Of a DNA stretch of 64,000 nt, positions 38,195-52,157 are shown in pieces. The stretch's first letter is position 1. Each line of letters begins with the position of its first letter. The translations under genes were made by a program, and so were the position numbers. Origin of the DNA: the human T2T-CHM13v2.0 reference genome, Homo sapiens; assembly GCF_009914755.1 (NCBI RefSeq), contig NC_060926.1; one strand, written 5' to 3'. Under the pieces are notes generated by a model that worked only from the letters and a program-made list of their open reading frames with translations, searched no databases and was not told where the DNA came from.

Positions 38195-38672
38195 GACAAG
38201 CAGTGTTTTAAGTACCTAGAACAGAGCAGACAACATTGAAAATAAAGATTCCTGTTTCATGGATGTTACATTCTACTGGGGAATAGAGGCATCTCAATAA
38301 TAAACACAAAACACTGAAGCCTGGGGGTGTGAAGAACCTACCTCAGATATTGTGGTCCAGAAAGGCCTCTCCAAGGAGTGACCTTGGAGTTGAGACCATT
38401 CCTCAGTTAACCACATAAAGAGCTGGACAAGGGCATTCCAGACAGAAGAACCAGCAAATGCAAAGCTCCCAGGGCAGCCACAAGCCTGTTGGGCTCGAAG
38501 GGCAGAAAGCAAGCCCAAGTGACTGGAGCATGGTCAGTGACAGAGTGAAATGAAATGTAGGTCTTGGCTAGAAGAGTGAACTTGACTCTAATTGCATTGG
38601 GCAGTTATTGGGGGTCTGGAATCAGGAGAGTGGCATGATCCGATTTATACTTGAAAAAGGCCTCTTGGGCTG
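38195..38672 (-). mobile_element. L2 fragment
   Basis: catggatgttacattctactgggg, gaaaggcctctc, gcattccagacagaagaaccagcaaatgcaaag and gcatgatccgattta. Confidence 0.85.
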
Positions 38673-39123
38673 ACATTTATGATCAGTGACTATCTACTGA
38701 CATTTAGCCCAAATTCCTCCCACTGCAATTAAAGTGGATTCTCTCTCCTCACAGCGAACAGATGTTATTTGCTGCTGATATCAGCTCACATGCCTAAGGA
38801 AACATCAGATGGCTAATATCAAGATCGCCAGAACACTAGAATGAATGTAGTAAGAAGACCGGAGTAATAATCATCTACCTGAATTACACTCAGAAGCGGC
38901 AGATGAAAATGAAACCCATTTCCTGCACCTCTTCCCCACTAATGACCATGCCAGTTCTTTCCTTAATCCTCAAAAATGACCTTACATTCTCATTGGTTCT
39001 CAAACTTCAACTCCCCACCAAGCAATCTGTGGCAACAGCAACCTTAATATCTCAGAAGACTGTCTCCAGTATTCATGGTAGAGATCATAATGATGTAAAA
39101 GGGTATTAAGATTGGATGGGGGC

Positions 39124-39485
<362 letters not shown>

Positions 39486-40960
39486 TTATAAAAATCAAAA
39501 TACATCATTTAAAGTTTCTGGAAATTGTCCTAAGAACATAGGACAAATGGAAAAATATTCATTTAACATAATCTACCAAGTTTTATAAAAATGGCAAGTG
39601 TGTGGCATTTTAGCCATGACCTACTTCTTTAACCCTCCTCCCCACCCACTCAATTCCATGTCACAGAAACTGTACCCTGACCATGAACAGCCAAGAAGAT
39701 AGGGACTTCCTCTCCCCACAGCACACAGTCTAGGGCTATGGTTTCACCCTGGGAGGGGCATGTTGCCAGTTGCATTACTGATTCTCTTCCTTCCAGCCTG
39801 ATGTTGCAGAAGCTCTATTCAAGGCAGGCTTGGCCCTAGAGGACAGGGCTCCTTTACCCAGTCCTACACAATTGTAGCTCACTGAGAATCCTGGGGCTCT
39901 GATCACCCTTGCCCCAACTCACCCATAGGAGAAGTTCTATGTTAGAAAGGACAGGCTGAGAAGACCAGGGTCTGGCACTCCCTCCCACCTGCTTCCCCAG
40001 ACGGCTCACAGAACTGGAGTATAACCCCTAGCTCTGGTGCAGTGGCACAGGGTACTGCCCAGGGGATGTGGTGACCCCAAGGATGTACAGCTCTGCAGCT
40101 CTGCCTGAAGGGGCTATTTGGAACAGAGAATGGAGAACTCCATGCCTAAGGATGTTGTCGAAAACAAGGGAAATCTTGGTGGAGAATAATTAAGAAGAAG
40201 CCAGTAGCTCCAGGATACAAGCAAAACAGCAGAGCGTTCAGAAGTTTAATAGACAGAATCGGACAAAGAGCAGCTGGAAAAGCCCTCCTGGGATCACAGT
40301 CAACACAAGGTAGATCCTCCCATGTAGAAGGGGCTTAAACACAACCTCTGACCAAACACTGGCTTGAATAATAAGCCTTCATGACCCACGGTGACTCCTA
40401 GGAAGCCAGGCTTAAAAATAAAATCACACTCACCCTGGGCAAACTGAAAGATATGGCATGCCCAAGACTAAGCCCTCTTGGGAGCAATCAAAGAAAGAAA
40501 CTCCAAGCTACTAGTCCATGGCTGAATATGGGGGCAATAAACATAAATTCTCTGAATTATTAAGGCAGCCTGTAAGTCACACACACATCCAGAGATAAAG
40601 AGTAAAAATCTAACTGGCTAAGGGGGCTTAAGTACCACCTTTGGCCAACGAGTGGCTTATATGGACTCAGACCCAGGGGCAGCCCCTAGGTAGCCAGGCT
40701 AAAAGATAAAAACAAGGGGGAAAATATCTAAGCATGGACGTCAGAGGTTGCACACTGTGGTAGAAACAGACATCACAGGATTAGTTCAGTCAAATCATTA
40801 AACAAATAAACAAATGACAAAACATACAACAAACACCACCAGTCCTGGGGGTTGGGAAGGAAGGGAGTCAGTGTCCTGGGCTGCTGTAAACTATTATTAC
40901 AGTGTCCAGTTTCAACACAAAATTGTGAGACCTGCAAAGAAACTGCAGTTGTGAGCACAC

Positions 40961-42592
40961 ATTTCCCAGACCTTGGTTTCAAATACCATCCTCCAATAAA
41001 AGGAAACAGGGTCTCTTGAAGAAATGACTGAAACTAGCACTTGGGCAGAAAATAGAAGATAAACCTGGAGCATCTTATAGTGCCAGAAAGTAAGGAAGTG
41101 CTAAAAGCAAACAAAACCCCTACATTGATAGGGGTTTGTCAAAGGGACACAGAAGCCAACTGAAAGAGCTCCCGGTGGCCGAAGCTGGAACAATTTGAGC
41201 AAAAAAAATGAACAAAATAGTATTAGATTATAACCCACAGTATAAAATAAATATTTATGGGTCCATACTAATCTAAAACAATGATTGAATAAATAAATAA
41301 ATGGGGGAGAAGAGCCAAATCTCCTGGCAGGAGAATTTTAGATAATTTACGTAGATACTCTTCCTTTAATGAAAGGACCATAAAACCCCAATCCTTAAAT
41401 ACAGACTGTTCATAATGACTTTCTAATGACTTTCGTCCAAAGAGTACCAGAGAAGAGGGGTAACTTAATAGTGGAGAAACCTGACAAACACTATCTCAGC
41501 CAAGTGATCAAGGTAAATATCAACAGTGACAAATCATGTTGATACTATCTACCCTTCATACGATGTGATGAAAATGACATTTGACATCTATGGTTTTCCT
41601 TTAAACCCCTGTAACACCACTCTGAGTGTGAGAAAAACATTAGGCAAATTCCAAATTCCAATAGAAGAGCATCCTATAAAATACCTGACTGGTACTCCTT
41701 GATCTTGAAACCATCAAGGTTATCAAAAATGAGAAAAATCAGAAATTGTCACAGCCAAGGGGAGCCTAAGGAGACAGGCAAATTAAATGTAACGTATCAT
41801 AAATCAGATCTTGGAACAAAAAAAAGACATTAAATAAAAACTAAGGAAATATGGGGTGTATACTCAAAAGAACTGAAATGAGGAACTCAAACAGATGTTT
41901 GCATGTCCACATTCAAGCAGCATTATTCACAATAGCCAAAATGGGGAAACAACCCAAATGTCCATTGACAGATGAATGGATAAACAAAATGTGGTACATA
42001 CATACAATAGAATATGATTCTGTCTTTGAAAGGAAGGGAGTTCTGACACATGCAATAACATACATGAACCTTGACAGCATGACACAAAGTGAAATAAGCC
42101 ATACACAAAAAGACAAATGTTATATGATTCCACTTACATGAGGTAGCTAAGCAGTCAAATTCATAGAGACAGAAAAGACAATGGCGATTGCCAGGAGCTG
42201 AAGGAAGAGAGAATGAGGACTTAGTGTTTAATAGGTACAGTGTTTAACAGGAAGATGAAAATGTTCTGGAGATGAATGGTGGTGATGGCTGCACAGCAAT
42301 GTGAATGTACTAATATCACTGAACTTTACACTTAAAAATGGATAAAATCATAAATTTTATGTTATATACATTTTGCCACATTTTTTTTCAAAAACTAAGG
42401 AAATCTGAATAAACTATGTAATTTAGTGAATAATAATGTTTCTATACTGGTTCTTTCATTGTGACAATTGTCAACACCAATGCAAAATGTTAATAATAGA
42501 GGGAACTGGGGACAAGATATACATGACCCCCTGCTATCTTCTCAATTTTTCTGTAAATCCAAAAAATCCTAGAAATGAAGTCTATTTTTCAA
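40961..42592 (+). mobile_element. L1MC3/4-type long 3'UTR (40961-41850 and 42390-42592)
   Basis: caaataccatcctccaataaaaggaa, gtgccagaaagtaaggaagtgct, gtggagaaacctgacaaacacta and gtcacagccaagggagcctaaggagac. Confidence 0.85.
41851..42389 (+). mobile_element. L1MA/L1MB-type 3' end with a perfect 15-bp TSD
   Basis: ORF2 C-terminal remnant (AALFTIAK...KQPKCP...WINKMWYIHT); TSD aaaaactaaggaaat at 41836-41850 and 42390-42404. Confidence 0.92.
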
Positions 42593-42927
42593 AAGGAAAC
42601 ATAAAGGAGAAATAGAGGGGAAAAAAAAGACATGAACATGAAACACAGAAAATAAAAATTGCAAATGACAGATGTAAATCCAACCATACCAGTGATAACA
42701 TTAAGCGTGACTAGATTAAACAATCCAATCAAAAGAAAGAGATATCAGATTGGATTTTTTACATGACAAGATACAACTATATGCTGTTTATGGGAGACAT
42801 ATTTTAGATTGAAAGATACAAATAGGTTGAAGGTGAAAGGATGGAAAAAAGATACACAAAACAGATATACAAACAGCAACCACAAGAGAAATGGAGTGGC
42901 TATACTAATATCAGACACAATAAATAT

Positions 42928-43200
42928 TGTGGTTATCCTGTTTGCGGCACCAGTTATTATAAACCCCTTCTTCTGCAGAATGGACCGTCACTGAAAATCT
43001 GGTTCAGATGTCAAAACGGATACCAGACCTACACCAACGAGGTATAAAACGCTCCATTACTTCTGTAGTGAGGCGTTCTGAGGGCAGCAGGGCAGGCTTT
43101 CCAAGCTCATCCAAATGTGGGTTGAGTGAGTAGGGGAAAAAGACTGGCTTGGGGTTTCTATCGTGGCCAGGCAATTGGGGCAGGATGAGAGCTCCTGCGC
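42928..43200 (-). mobile_element. ERV1-type LTR fragment (MER90/MER110-like)
   Basis: ggttcagatgtcaaaac...acaccaacgaggtataaaac...gcagggcaggc...agactggcttggggttt resembles a recalled consensus. Subfamily uncertain. Confidence 0.5.
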
Positions 43201-43309
43201 ACCACCATATTCACCAAGTGAATAGAGATCCATTCACTTGGGTTAAGGAAACTCCAGGCAAGAGTATCAGCAATGTCTTCAAAGAAGCCACAAAAGTGTC
43301 CAGAAGAGA

Positions 43310-43660
<351 letters not shown>

Positions 43661-43919
43661 CTAAGCCCTGCCTTGGCTTCAGTGCTTGAAGGGTCAGAAA
43701 GCCAGGTTAGCAATGTGGGAGAGGAAGAGTAGAAAGGAAGAAGAAAGCTGACCATGCCCCCTTCATTGACTGCTGGCCGCCCATCTGTAGCAGGTCTGAG
43801 CTGCCATGCACAAACTGCATGATTGACATGAATACAATTTCAATCCCTCTTTCTAAGAGCTCTCCCAGCCCAGCAGAAGGAGTGAATGTGTAATGCTTGA
43901 AGTGTGCAGAGAGCACTAA

Positions 43920-44680
43920 GGGAGCAACCAAGAAGATGACATTTGCACAGGCCCTTGATGAACAGACCATCTGCTGGTTGGAAGGAAGAGCACGTGCAAA
44001 GGCAAGGTAGCTGAGAAGGCAAGACGGACTTAGGAAATTACAAGACATTTCATATGCATCCTGTGTTCTTGTCCAGCTAAAAACTGTTAGGAAATGAGAT
44101 GTCTGCAAATATCAGATTATGTAAGACCTGGTTAAAAAAAAAAAAAAGTCTTTACCTGCAAAGAAACAGGTAGCCATAAAAGAATAGTAAGCAGTATTAG
44201 TAAATGGCATTTGCATTTATTAAAATTTCTTTCTGGAAGAAGTATGGATGACTGGCAGGGACCAGAATGGAGACAGGGATAATAAATATGAGACTACTGT
44301 GATAGTCCAGGCAGAAGACAATGAAGGCCTGAATCAGAGCCAGCAATGATAGTAGATGGAGTGAGGGGGATAGTTTCAAAAGGAAGTGACATGTGAGGAG
44401 GAAGATGACCTAAAATGTCTGAGTCAGTGACTAGATAGATGGTGATACTGTTATCCAAGCATTGCCTGAAGAAGGAAAATGAACTGGAGTGAAAAATGAT
44501 GAGATCAACTTTGGACCTGCTGAATCTGAAGAGTTGGTTGTAGCTGGGTAAAGCTGTCAGGTATCATGTTGGATATTTAGGAACGGGATCAGCATAGAGA
44601 TCTGGTCTGGAGGTGTCCAGAGATTTGATTCACTTGGCGTGACTGCAAGAGGGGCAGTTGAAGCCACAGGCATTGATGAT
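43920..44680 (-). mobile_element. L2 fragments
   Basis: gatgacatttg, tagtccaggcagaagacaatgaaggcctgaa, gatgagatcaactttggac and agagatctggtctggag. Confidence 0.75.
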
Positions 44681-44931
44681 CCCTGTGACAGATCCTGTCA
44701 TTTGGGTTGAATTTCTTAAATTCTTAAAGATATGCCCAGCATACATGTAGACAACAAATTTTGGCTTAGAAAATTCATCAAAAATATTCAAAATACTAAA
44801 ATTAAACATATTATCTTACGTTAACAGCAATACAGATAATTGTTTCATATCCATGGAAGCGATTATATTGTTTGCATCTTTAGAATAGGTCTAGTTTTGC
44901 ATCTTACTCTTTTGTTCAATTAAGAAAATCT

Positions 44932-45230
<299 letters not shown>

Positions 45231-45241
45231 AAGAAAATCCT

Positions 45242-45565
45242 GGCAGGGCATGGTAGCTCACACCTGTAATCCCAGCAGTTGGGGAGGCCAAGGTGGGCAG
45301 ATCACTTGAGGCCAGGAGTTCGAGACTAGCCTGGCCAACATGGCAAAACCGCGTTTCTAAAAAAAACACATAAATTAGCCAGGCATGATGGTGTACACCT
45401 GTGGTCCCAGCTACTTGGGAGGCTGAGGCACGAAAATCACTCAAACCTAGGAGGCAGAGGTTGCAGTGAGCCTAGATCGTACCACTGCACTCCAGCCTGA
45501 GCAACAGAGCAAGATCTGGTCTAAGAAAAGAAAAGAAAAGAAAAGAAAAAAAAAGAAAAAAAGAA
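45242..45565 (+). mobile_element. Older Alu (Sz/Jb-like) with (GAAAA)n tail, in tandem with the previous Alu
   Basis: Full dimer with gaggccaggag and gaggcacga; TSD copies at 45231 and 45566. Confidence 0.95.
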
Positions 45566-45820
45566 AAGAAAATCTTAACTAACAATTACAGGTTGTTGGT
45601 AATAGCAGCTGATAACTGATGGCTTTTCAGATAGTTCTGTAGACTCTGAACAATCATAGGTTCAAGATAACTTTGGAGAGTTATCTTGCTGAGAGATACC
45701 ATCAGTGTTCTGCCAGATGCTAGATTGACAAGCATATCACTCTCAAAAGTGGAATGTTTGAATGTTTGAACTAGAGCTAATGGGAAATAAATTCTTAAGC
45801 CTCTTTTTGGTTGCACTTAC

Positions 45821-45925
45821 CTCTTGAAAGCATTTGTTATTATTTTCTTGTACTCTTTTGCATGTGGTTTTGAAATATGTGCAATGATATATCAAGTTAT
45901 TTTTCCAACAAGCCAAGAAAATTAC
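45821..45925 (-). other. Candidate 105-nt exon (host transcript unknown)
   Basis: Minus-strand acceptor TTTTTACTCTTTTCCAACAG| and donor GAG|GTAAGT; unique sequence between Alus; phase-0 frame open. Confidence 0.4.
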
Positions 45926-45998
45926 CTGTTGGAAAAGAGTAAAAAACTCAATAATTAAGCCAGTTGCACCACAATTTAGTCTGCTAAAGAATATCCGA

Positions 45999-46380
<382 letters not shown>

Positions 46381-46509
46381 CTATCTATTCAAGATACTGA
46401 ATATATACCACTGAAGATACATAATTTGAAAAAGCTACTTGAAATCATAGAAATTATGTTTGCTGGAATTATATGACATTAAAGAAAAATGGCAAGGCTT
46501 TTTTTTATA

Positions 46510-46910
46510 CAACTTTAGGAAGCAATTTCATAATACCTGGTAAAATTGAAGTTGCACCTACCCTTGAATTCAGCAATTCCTCTTCTAGATATAAACTCTG
46601 CAGGAACTCCTACCACATGCAGGAGGAGACATGAACTATTCATTTCAGTGGCGTTTATGACAGAAAAAAACAAAGAGCCTAAATATCCATCAACAGGAGA
46701 ATGGATGAATGAACTATAATAAATTTTCACTAAATGAACTTAAGCCTAAAAGTATCAACATGGATAAATCCCCAAAAATTCAACTATATTAGTGTATCAT
46801 ACCACTTATAGCATATTTTAAAACATTACAATAACCTGAATATTATCTGTACATCATATACATGCAGCAATGTTATTAAAACAGTAAATAATAAACACCC
46901 AAATGAGCAG
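46510..46910 (+). mobile_element. L1ME-type ORF2 end / 3' fragment
   Basis: cagcaattcctcttctagatata and cctaaatatccatcaacaggagaatggat. Confidence 0.75.
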
Positions 46911-46913
46911 TTA

Positions 46914-47185
46914 TGTCTATGTTACTCAGGAGAGAATAGGCTATGGAGTGTCAATAACCACATCCCAAAATCCCATTGGCTTATAAAGACATATTCCTCA
47001 TCTGATGTGAGTGTGATATGAGTCAAGTGGCGCTTGTATCCGGACATTTGGGGCACATGGCCTGCAAGATGCACCACATAAGAGAAGGAGGCGGGTGACC
47101 ACCCTTGCTCTGAATGCCTTGATCCAAAAGTGGTTTCAATTCATATTTCTCTGGCCAAAATTTCATACAACCCCAACTTCGATTT
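46914..47185 (-). mobile_element. Old MaLR LTR fragment (MLT1J/K/L-like)
   Basis: caggagagaataggctatg...cccaaaatcccattggctta...catatttctctggccaaaa. Confidence 0.55.
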
Positions 47186-47685
47186 TTTAGCGAGCTCTAA
47201 CTCTCTGGTATAGTGGTAAATTCTGAAAGAGGAGGAAAGAAAATAGGATCTGGGAGGAATTTATAGGGTCCTTTAACTGACTCTGAAATATTATAACACT
47301 TTTTAAAAGCCTGAGGGTACTTATGGCGCATAAACTCTTGGTGAAGCTACATGGAAGCCTGATGAAGCTGCAGCTATGGATGCTCACTGCGTTGTTCTCT
47401 CTGGGTGCTTGTTTGTATTACTTAATTAATTTTTAAAAAACTGATTCCACTTCTTCCCTCATTTCAACACTTGTATGAGACCTTCTGCTTGGTATCCTGT
47501 GGACCTTTATAGGGTAAACAAATATTTTTTTTCACAGTGTCTTGAAATCACAACATCTGGCTGTGGCTTTGTCATATTCACAATTTTAACTATTTCTTTC
47601 AACACAATCAAGTTAAGGAAGCATATTGTCAATCACCAGTTATTCTCTGGGAATAAAGTTATGAGTGCTTTGGTATCCAAGTATG

Positions 47686-47990
47686 ACTTATTTTATTCAG
47701 CAAACATTGACTGTACGTCTTCAAGAGCCAGGCACTATTACAGATTCTAGGGACAAAGAAGTCTCATGTTCACATGGAACTTATATTCATGGAGAAAGGA
47801 GACAGATGGTAAACAAGAAAGCAAAAAAGTAAACAAAATAATTTCAGGGCAATAAGGTCTGAGAAAAAACAAAACAGAGAAATGAGTCAGAGAGTTCTGA
47901 CTCTGATTGATTAGGGAACTGGTACCTTAGCGGCAAGAAGGAGATGGTCATGATAAAATCTGGGGAGAGAGTATTCCAGGCAGAAGGATC
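47686..47990 (-). mobile_element. L2 3' fragment
   Basis: ttattcagcaaacatt...gccaggcactatt...catggaacttatattc...gagtattccaggcagaagga. Confidence 0.85.
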
Positions 47991-48589
47991 TCCTAGTTCC
48001 TTGCTGAACCCACTGCTAGTGCTCCCCCAGTATCCATCCTAACATTGCATCTCACAGTATGACTCTTGAAATAATTGTTAATTAAACAAAATCCTCTCTC
48101 CTAGTAGCATGGAGTTTTAGGAAAACATAAACTAAAGACATCAAGCACTTCACCCTTTCATGTATATGCCACAATACAGCCCGTTGATGTGCACAGGAAA
48201 AAAATACCTGCTAGTCTTCACACGTGTGATTAAGATTTCTCTTCCATTTTGTGTGTCATTGATCTTACATGTCTTCAATGTGTGAATGGATAAAAAGAAT
48301 TTTGCTGATGTCCTGTTCCCCTTTATTTCCAGGCATAATGCTTTAATCAACTTTGTTCTTTGGCTTCTTGACAAAAGTGTGATCTGTAACATTTTTCCCA
48401 CAAAAAAAGGAAACGTAAAATATGCTATTCTCTTCTCTACCTTTTAGAGACAAAATTACTCACTTATGTACCAGGAATTCTTATTTTGCAGTTGTTCTGG
48501 AAAAACTCAAATGGCTTAACAGAGAGGATGTTGGGCTTTAAGGGGACAGGTACAAGAGTAATATTAATACTACTAAAAATAATTACTAA

Positions 48590-48853
48590 TTATAATGTTT
48601 ATTATACATTTACTATGTGCTTAGTATTGCACTAAATGCTTATGTGATTTAATTTAAACTTATTTAAATTTCATAACAACACTATGGGGTAGGCAGTATG
48701 ATTAAAATTTTGCAAATGGGGAAACTGAGGCTTAGAAAGTTTAAATAATTTATCTGTGGCCACATGGTTCTAGAAGCAAAAGGTGAACTCAAGCAATATA
48801 ACTCTGTATCTGCACTGCAAAAATCTAACAATACCATGACTACACCATGCTGC
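48590..48853 (-). mobile_element. MIR, near full length
   Basis: ttactatgtgc...cataacaacactatggggtagg...atggggaaactgaggcttagaaag...actacaccatgctgc. Confidence 0.9.
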
Positions 48854-48973
48854 TTAGATGAGGGTGGGAGATGTGGAATTAAGGAGAAAGTCAAAGTTGC
48901 TGAAGGAAAACCGGGCAACAGAAGCAAGCAAAGGAGAACGTCAAGAAGCGCGATTTTAAGAAGTTGTTGATAG

Positions 48974-49062
48974 TGCAGCCGACCCCTGAGAGTAAGCACC
49001 TTCTTAATTCTTTCATCTCGCACCCTAGGCATCTCTCTGGCCTTGAGCTAGTCCTGGCTCTG
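48974..49062. mobile_element. MER96-like hAT half element
   Basis: cgacccctgagagtaagcaccttcttaa...gcaccctaggc...ctagtcctggctctg matches the right arm of the palindromic MER96. Confidence 0.65.
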
Positions 49063-49069
49063 GGGAAGT

Positions 49070-50020
49070 AGAGGAATAACAGAAGATGAAAACAGGCAGA
49101 AGGGGAGGATCATGTAGAACCCTGTGCGTTATAGTCAGAACTTTAGCTTTTACTCTGAGATGGGAAGTTATTGGAGGGTGTTAGGAGAGGAAATAGCATT
49201 ATCTAATTTAAGCCCTCAACTTTGGTTGTGGGTTGATAACAGGGTGGAGGAGGGTGAGGGCAGAAGCAGTGAGACAAGTTAAGAAACCATTGCAGTAATT
49301 CAGGCAAGAATGATAGTAACTTGGACCAGGTGGCAGTGGGATGGTGAGAAGTAGTTAAACTCCAGACAGATTTTCAAAGTAAAGCTGACACAATTTGCTG
49401 TGGGACCAGATGTGGGAAGTGAGAGAAAGGGAGGAGTCAAAGATGACTGAAGTATTTACCTTAAAGTCAAGCCATCTGAAGCCTAACAAAAGGCTGTTGA
49501 ACTTAGAGTTTACGAGATGCTGGATGGCCTTGGTGAGAGCACTTCCTGGGGAGTGGTAGGGGTGGAAGTAAGATGGGACTAAATTGAGTAATAAATGAAA
49601 GATAAGGGAGTAGAAGTAATAAGTATAAACTATGCTGTGTGTACGTGGAGAGGAGACTTGATAGTAGCTAGGATACCCTAGGTTAAGGAAAATGCATATA
49701 AATATGTTTAAGATGGGAGAGAATTAAGTATGTTTATGTGCTGAGAACAAGAAAGCAATAGAGAAAGAGTGATTGAAAACACTGAATACAAAGAGCAAAC
49801 CTCCTGAAGAGATGGGAGTGGGAGTGATGTAGCCCAAAGCACAGGTGGAGGGGCCAGATCTGGACACAGGAGGATTTTGAAGGGAAAGAAGGAAGAAAGG
49901 AGGGGTATGGCTGTCAGTGTTTCTGGGGTGGGAAGGGAGAAATTGAGGGAGTTCCTCCCTGACAAGCTATACTTCTTTCTGTGAATTAGAAAGTAATATC
50001 ATGAGCCAAATGTAAGGTTG
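49070..50020 (-). mobile_element. L2 fragments
   Basis: ctttagcttttactctgagatgggaag, attgcagtaattcaggcaaga, ggagtcaaagatgact and ccttggtgagagca...ggagtggtagggg. Confidence 0.85.
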
Positions 50021-51519
50021 TTCAGAGTGAGAATGGTGAAAATTTTTAACATTCTCTTGGAATAAAGAAGCATAGGATATGGGCTGCCATGAGGACCTTG
50101 CAAAAGCTGGAGATTGTAAATACGTAGCTGAATCAATTCACATGATTGTTAAGAAACTGACCTACATAGCAGGAAACTGCTTATACAATATACCTCAATC
50201 CAATAACACAGTGGGTCTCATCTCTGTTTCTTATGAATTGATAAAACATGATCTACAGGGCCAAAGCCACAGTTTCAACTATTTAAGAAGAATGGTGCCC
50301 ACACTTTTCCGTTTAAGTTATGTACAGTGCAAAACTACATCAAAGCCTAGTGCTAAAATAGGTTTAGGCCAAATTCAGATTTATTTCATTAAAGAGCTCC
50401 AAATCCTTTGCTTCTTTCACACACTGTTTTGAAGAATATATCTGTTTGTTTTCAGTCTTGTCCATTTCAACATCCAGTTTCTCCAGTAGTAAGAGATATC
50501 AAACAATCATGAAAATTTTTCATCTCACTTTATTTTATTTTATATTTTGTAAAGGCCTGTATCACTTGGTATTTACCTGAAACTTAAATCTTAAAATTAG
50601 ACTATTTTATTATTGAAACTTTTCCAGTATGCTTTTAAGATTTCTGCAGTCTCTCCATTTGAGAAAGAGATAATTAAATGTAGTAGAAAACTGCCTTATC
50701 ATTGCAGTAGTTGTATAATTTATTTTTTTCCATTGGGCAATGTGCTTAGCAACTTGCACATTAAGCCTTCTATTAAGATTATATTAATATCATAAATATG
50801 CAAAAAGGAAACCACTCTGAAAGTTCAAAATAATAACAATAACCTTTCCCTCAAGTAAAACCTTTTATCTTGAGATCTCTATGCACTTTCCCAACAAGCC
50901 TGAGTATCCTTGCCCAGCCACTTTTGCAAGGAGACAGTTAAAATGCCGCCTTCACTTTATTCACTGACTCCAAATGCTAGTTAGGATCACCGGAAAGCAA
51001 AGCAGATGCCTAATGTAATCATGATTTTAATTCTTAACATTTCCTACAGCAGCATTTATAACCTTTAAGAAAACAGGACCTCTAGTCTGTAAAAAGCCCC
51101 AAGTGGATGTCTCTTTCTTCTTTGCTTTATTCTTTAGCCATGGCAAGGAAGGGGCAGAAGGTTGTAATTCTGGCAAACTCCCACACATGCAACATGGACT
51201 CATATCTCTCACAAAGGACACACATGCACACTGATGCAATCACGTCTAGAAATGAATCAGTGCCCTTGAGACAGGAGCTCGTGACTAATGCTCTCTGAGT
51301 AGCGCAGGGGCAGCTTGGCAAACCAACTATATCGGGGCCAGCACAGAACAAAGCACAGGTGAGCAATGAGCTATAGCACAGGGAGATGGAGGGGCTGATC
51401 CATGTGGTTCCAGGGCTTGAAACACATCATCTGAAGGTAATTCCCATGTAATTATAGAGCGCCAAAAAGGGAAACTGAGCTTTGGCCTGGGTCATGCGTG
51501 CAAACGCACTGTAGGATCT

Positions 51520-51620
51520 ATGGTGACTTCCTTTACTTTTCTTGGACTCAGTTTCCTTATCTCGAAAAATGAGGAATTGTAGCACAACAGAAAGACTCCT
51601 TTCTCCTTCCACACCCTATG
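51520..51620 (+). mobile_element. MIR/MIR3 core fragment
   Basis: ggactcagtttccttatctcgaaaaatgagg. Confidence 0.6.
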
Positions 51621-51836
51621 AAATACTCAAAGGCATTGCTTCCTGTTCCCTCAACAGAAAAAAAAGAATGTCATAAAAAGAAGTGGCGGGAACTGTTCTC
51701 CTAAAAAATATTTTAGATACTCAAAAATGACTGACAAGTTCTCCAGGTTGTTTCAGCACTATTTGTTCTGTTTGAAACACTAAACAAGCAGGAATGGTAG
51801 AGAAAAAAAAAGTGTTTCTCTCTTTATCCTAAAGTA

Positions 51837-52157
51837 TAGTCATGCACTGCATAATGCTGTTTAGGTCAATGATAGACCACATGTGATTATAACACCATGT
51901 TTTACTGTACCTTCTCTGTGTTTAGATACACAAATACTTACTATTGTGTTACAATTGCCTACAATGTTCAGTACAGTAACATACTGCACAGGTTTGTAAC
52001 CAGCCCAGGAGCAATTGGCTAGATGACACAGCCTAGGTGTGTTGAAGGCTGTATCACGTAGGTTTGTGTAAATGCATTCTAATGTTCGCACAACGATGAA
52101 ATCGCCTAATGATGCATTTCTCAGAACGTATTCTCATCATTAGGTGATGTATGACTA
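51837..52157. mobile_element. Tigger3a/MER7A TcMar-Tigger element
   Basis: Termini tagtcatg...tatgacta flanked by TA; internal ttactgtaccttctctgtgtttagatacacaaatac and atgaaatcgcctaatgatgcatttctcagaac. Confidence 0.92.

Noticed and set aside
43214-43241. 10-bp hairpin CCAAGTGAAT / ATTCACTTGG
   Set aside because: It is too short for a pre-miRNA and plausible by chance in 64 kb.
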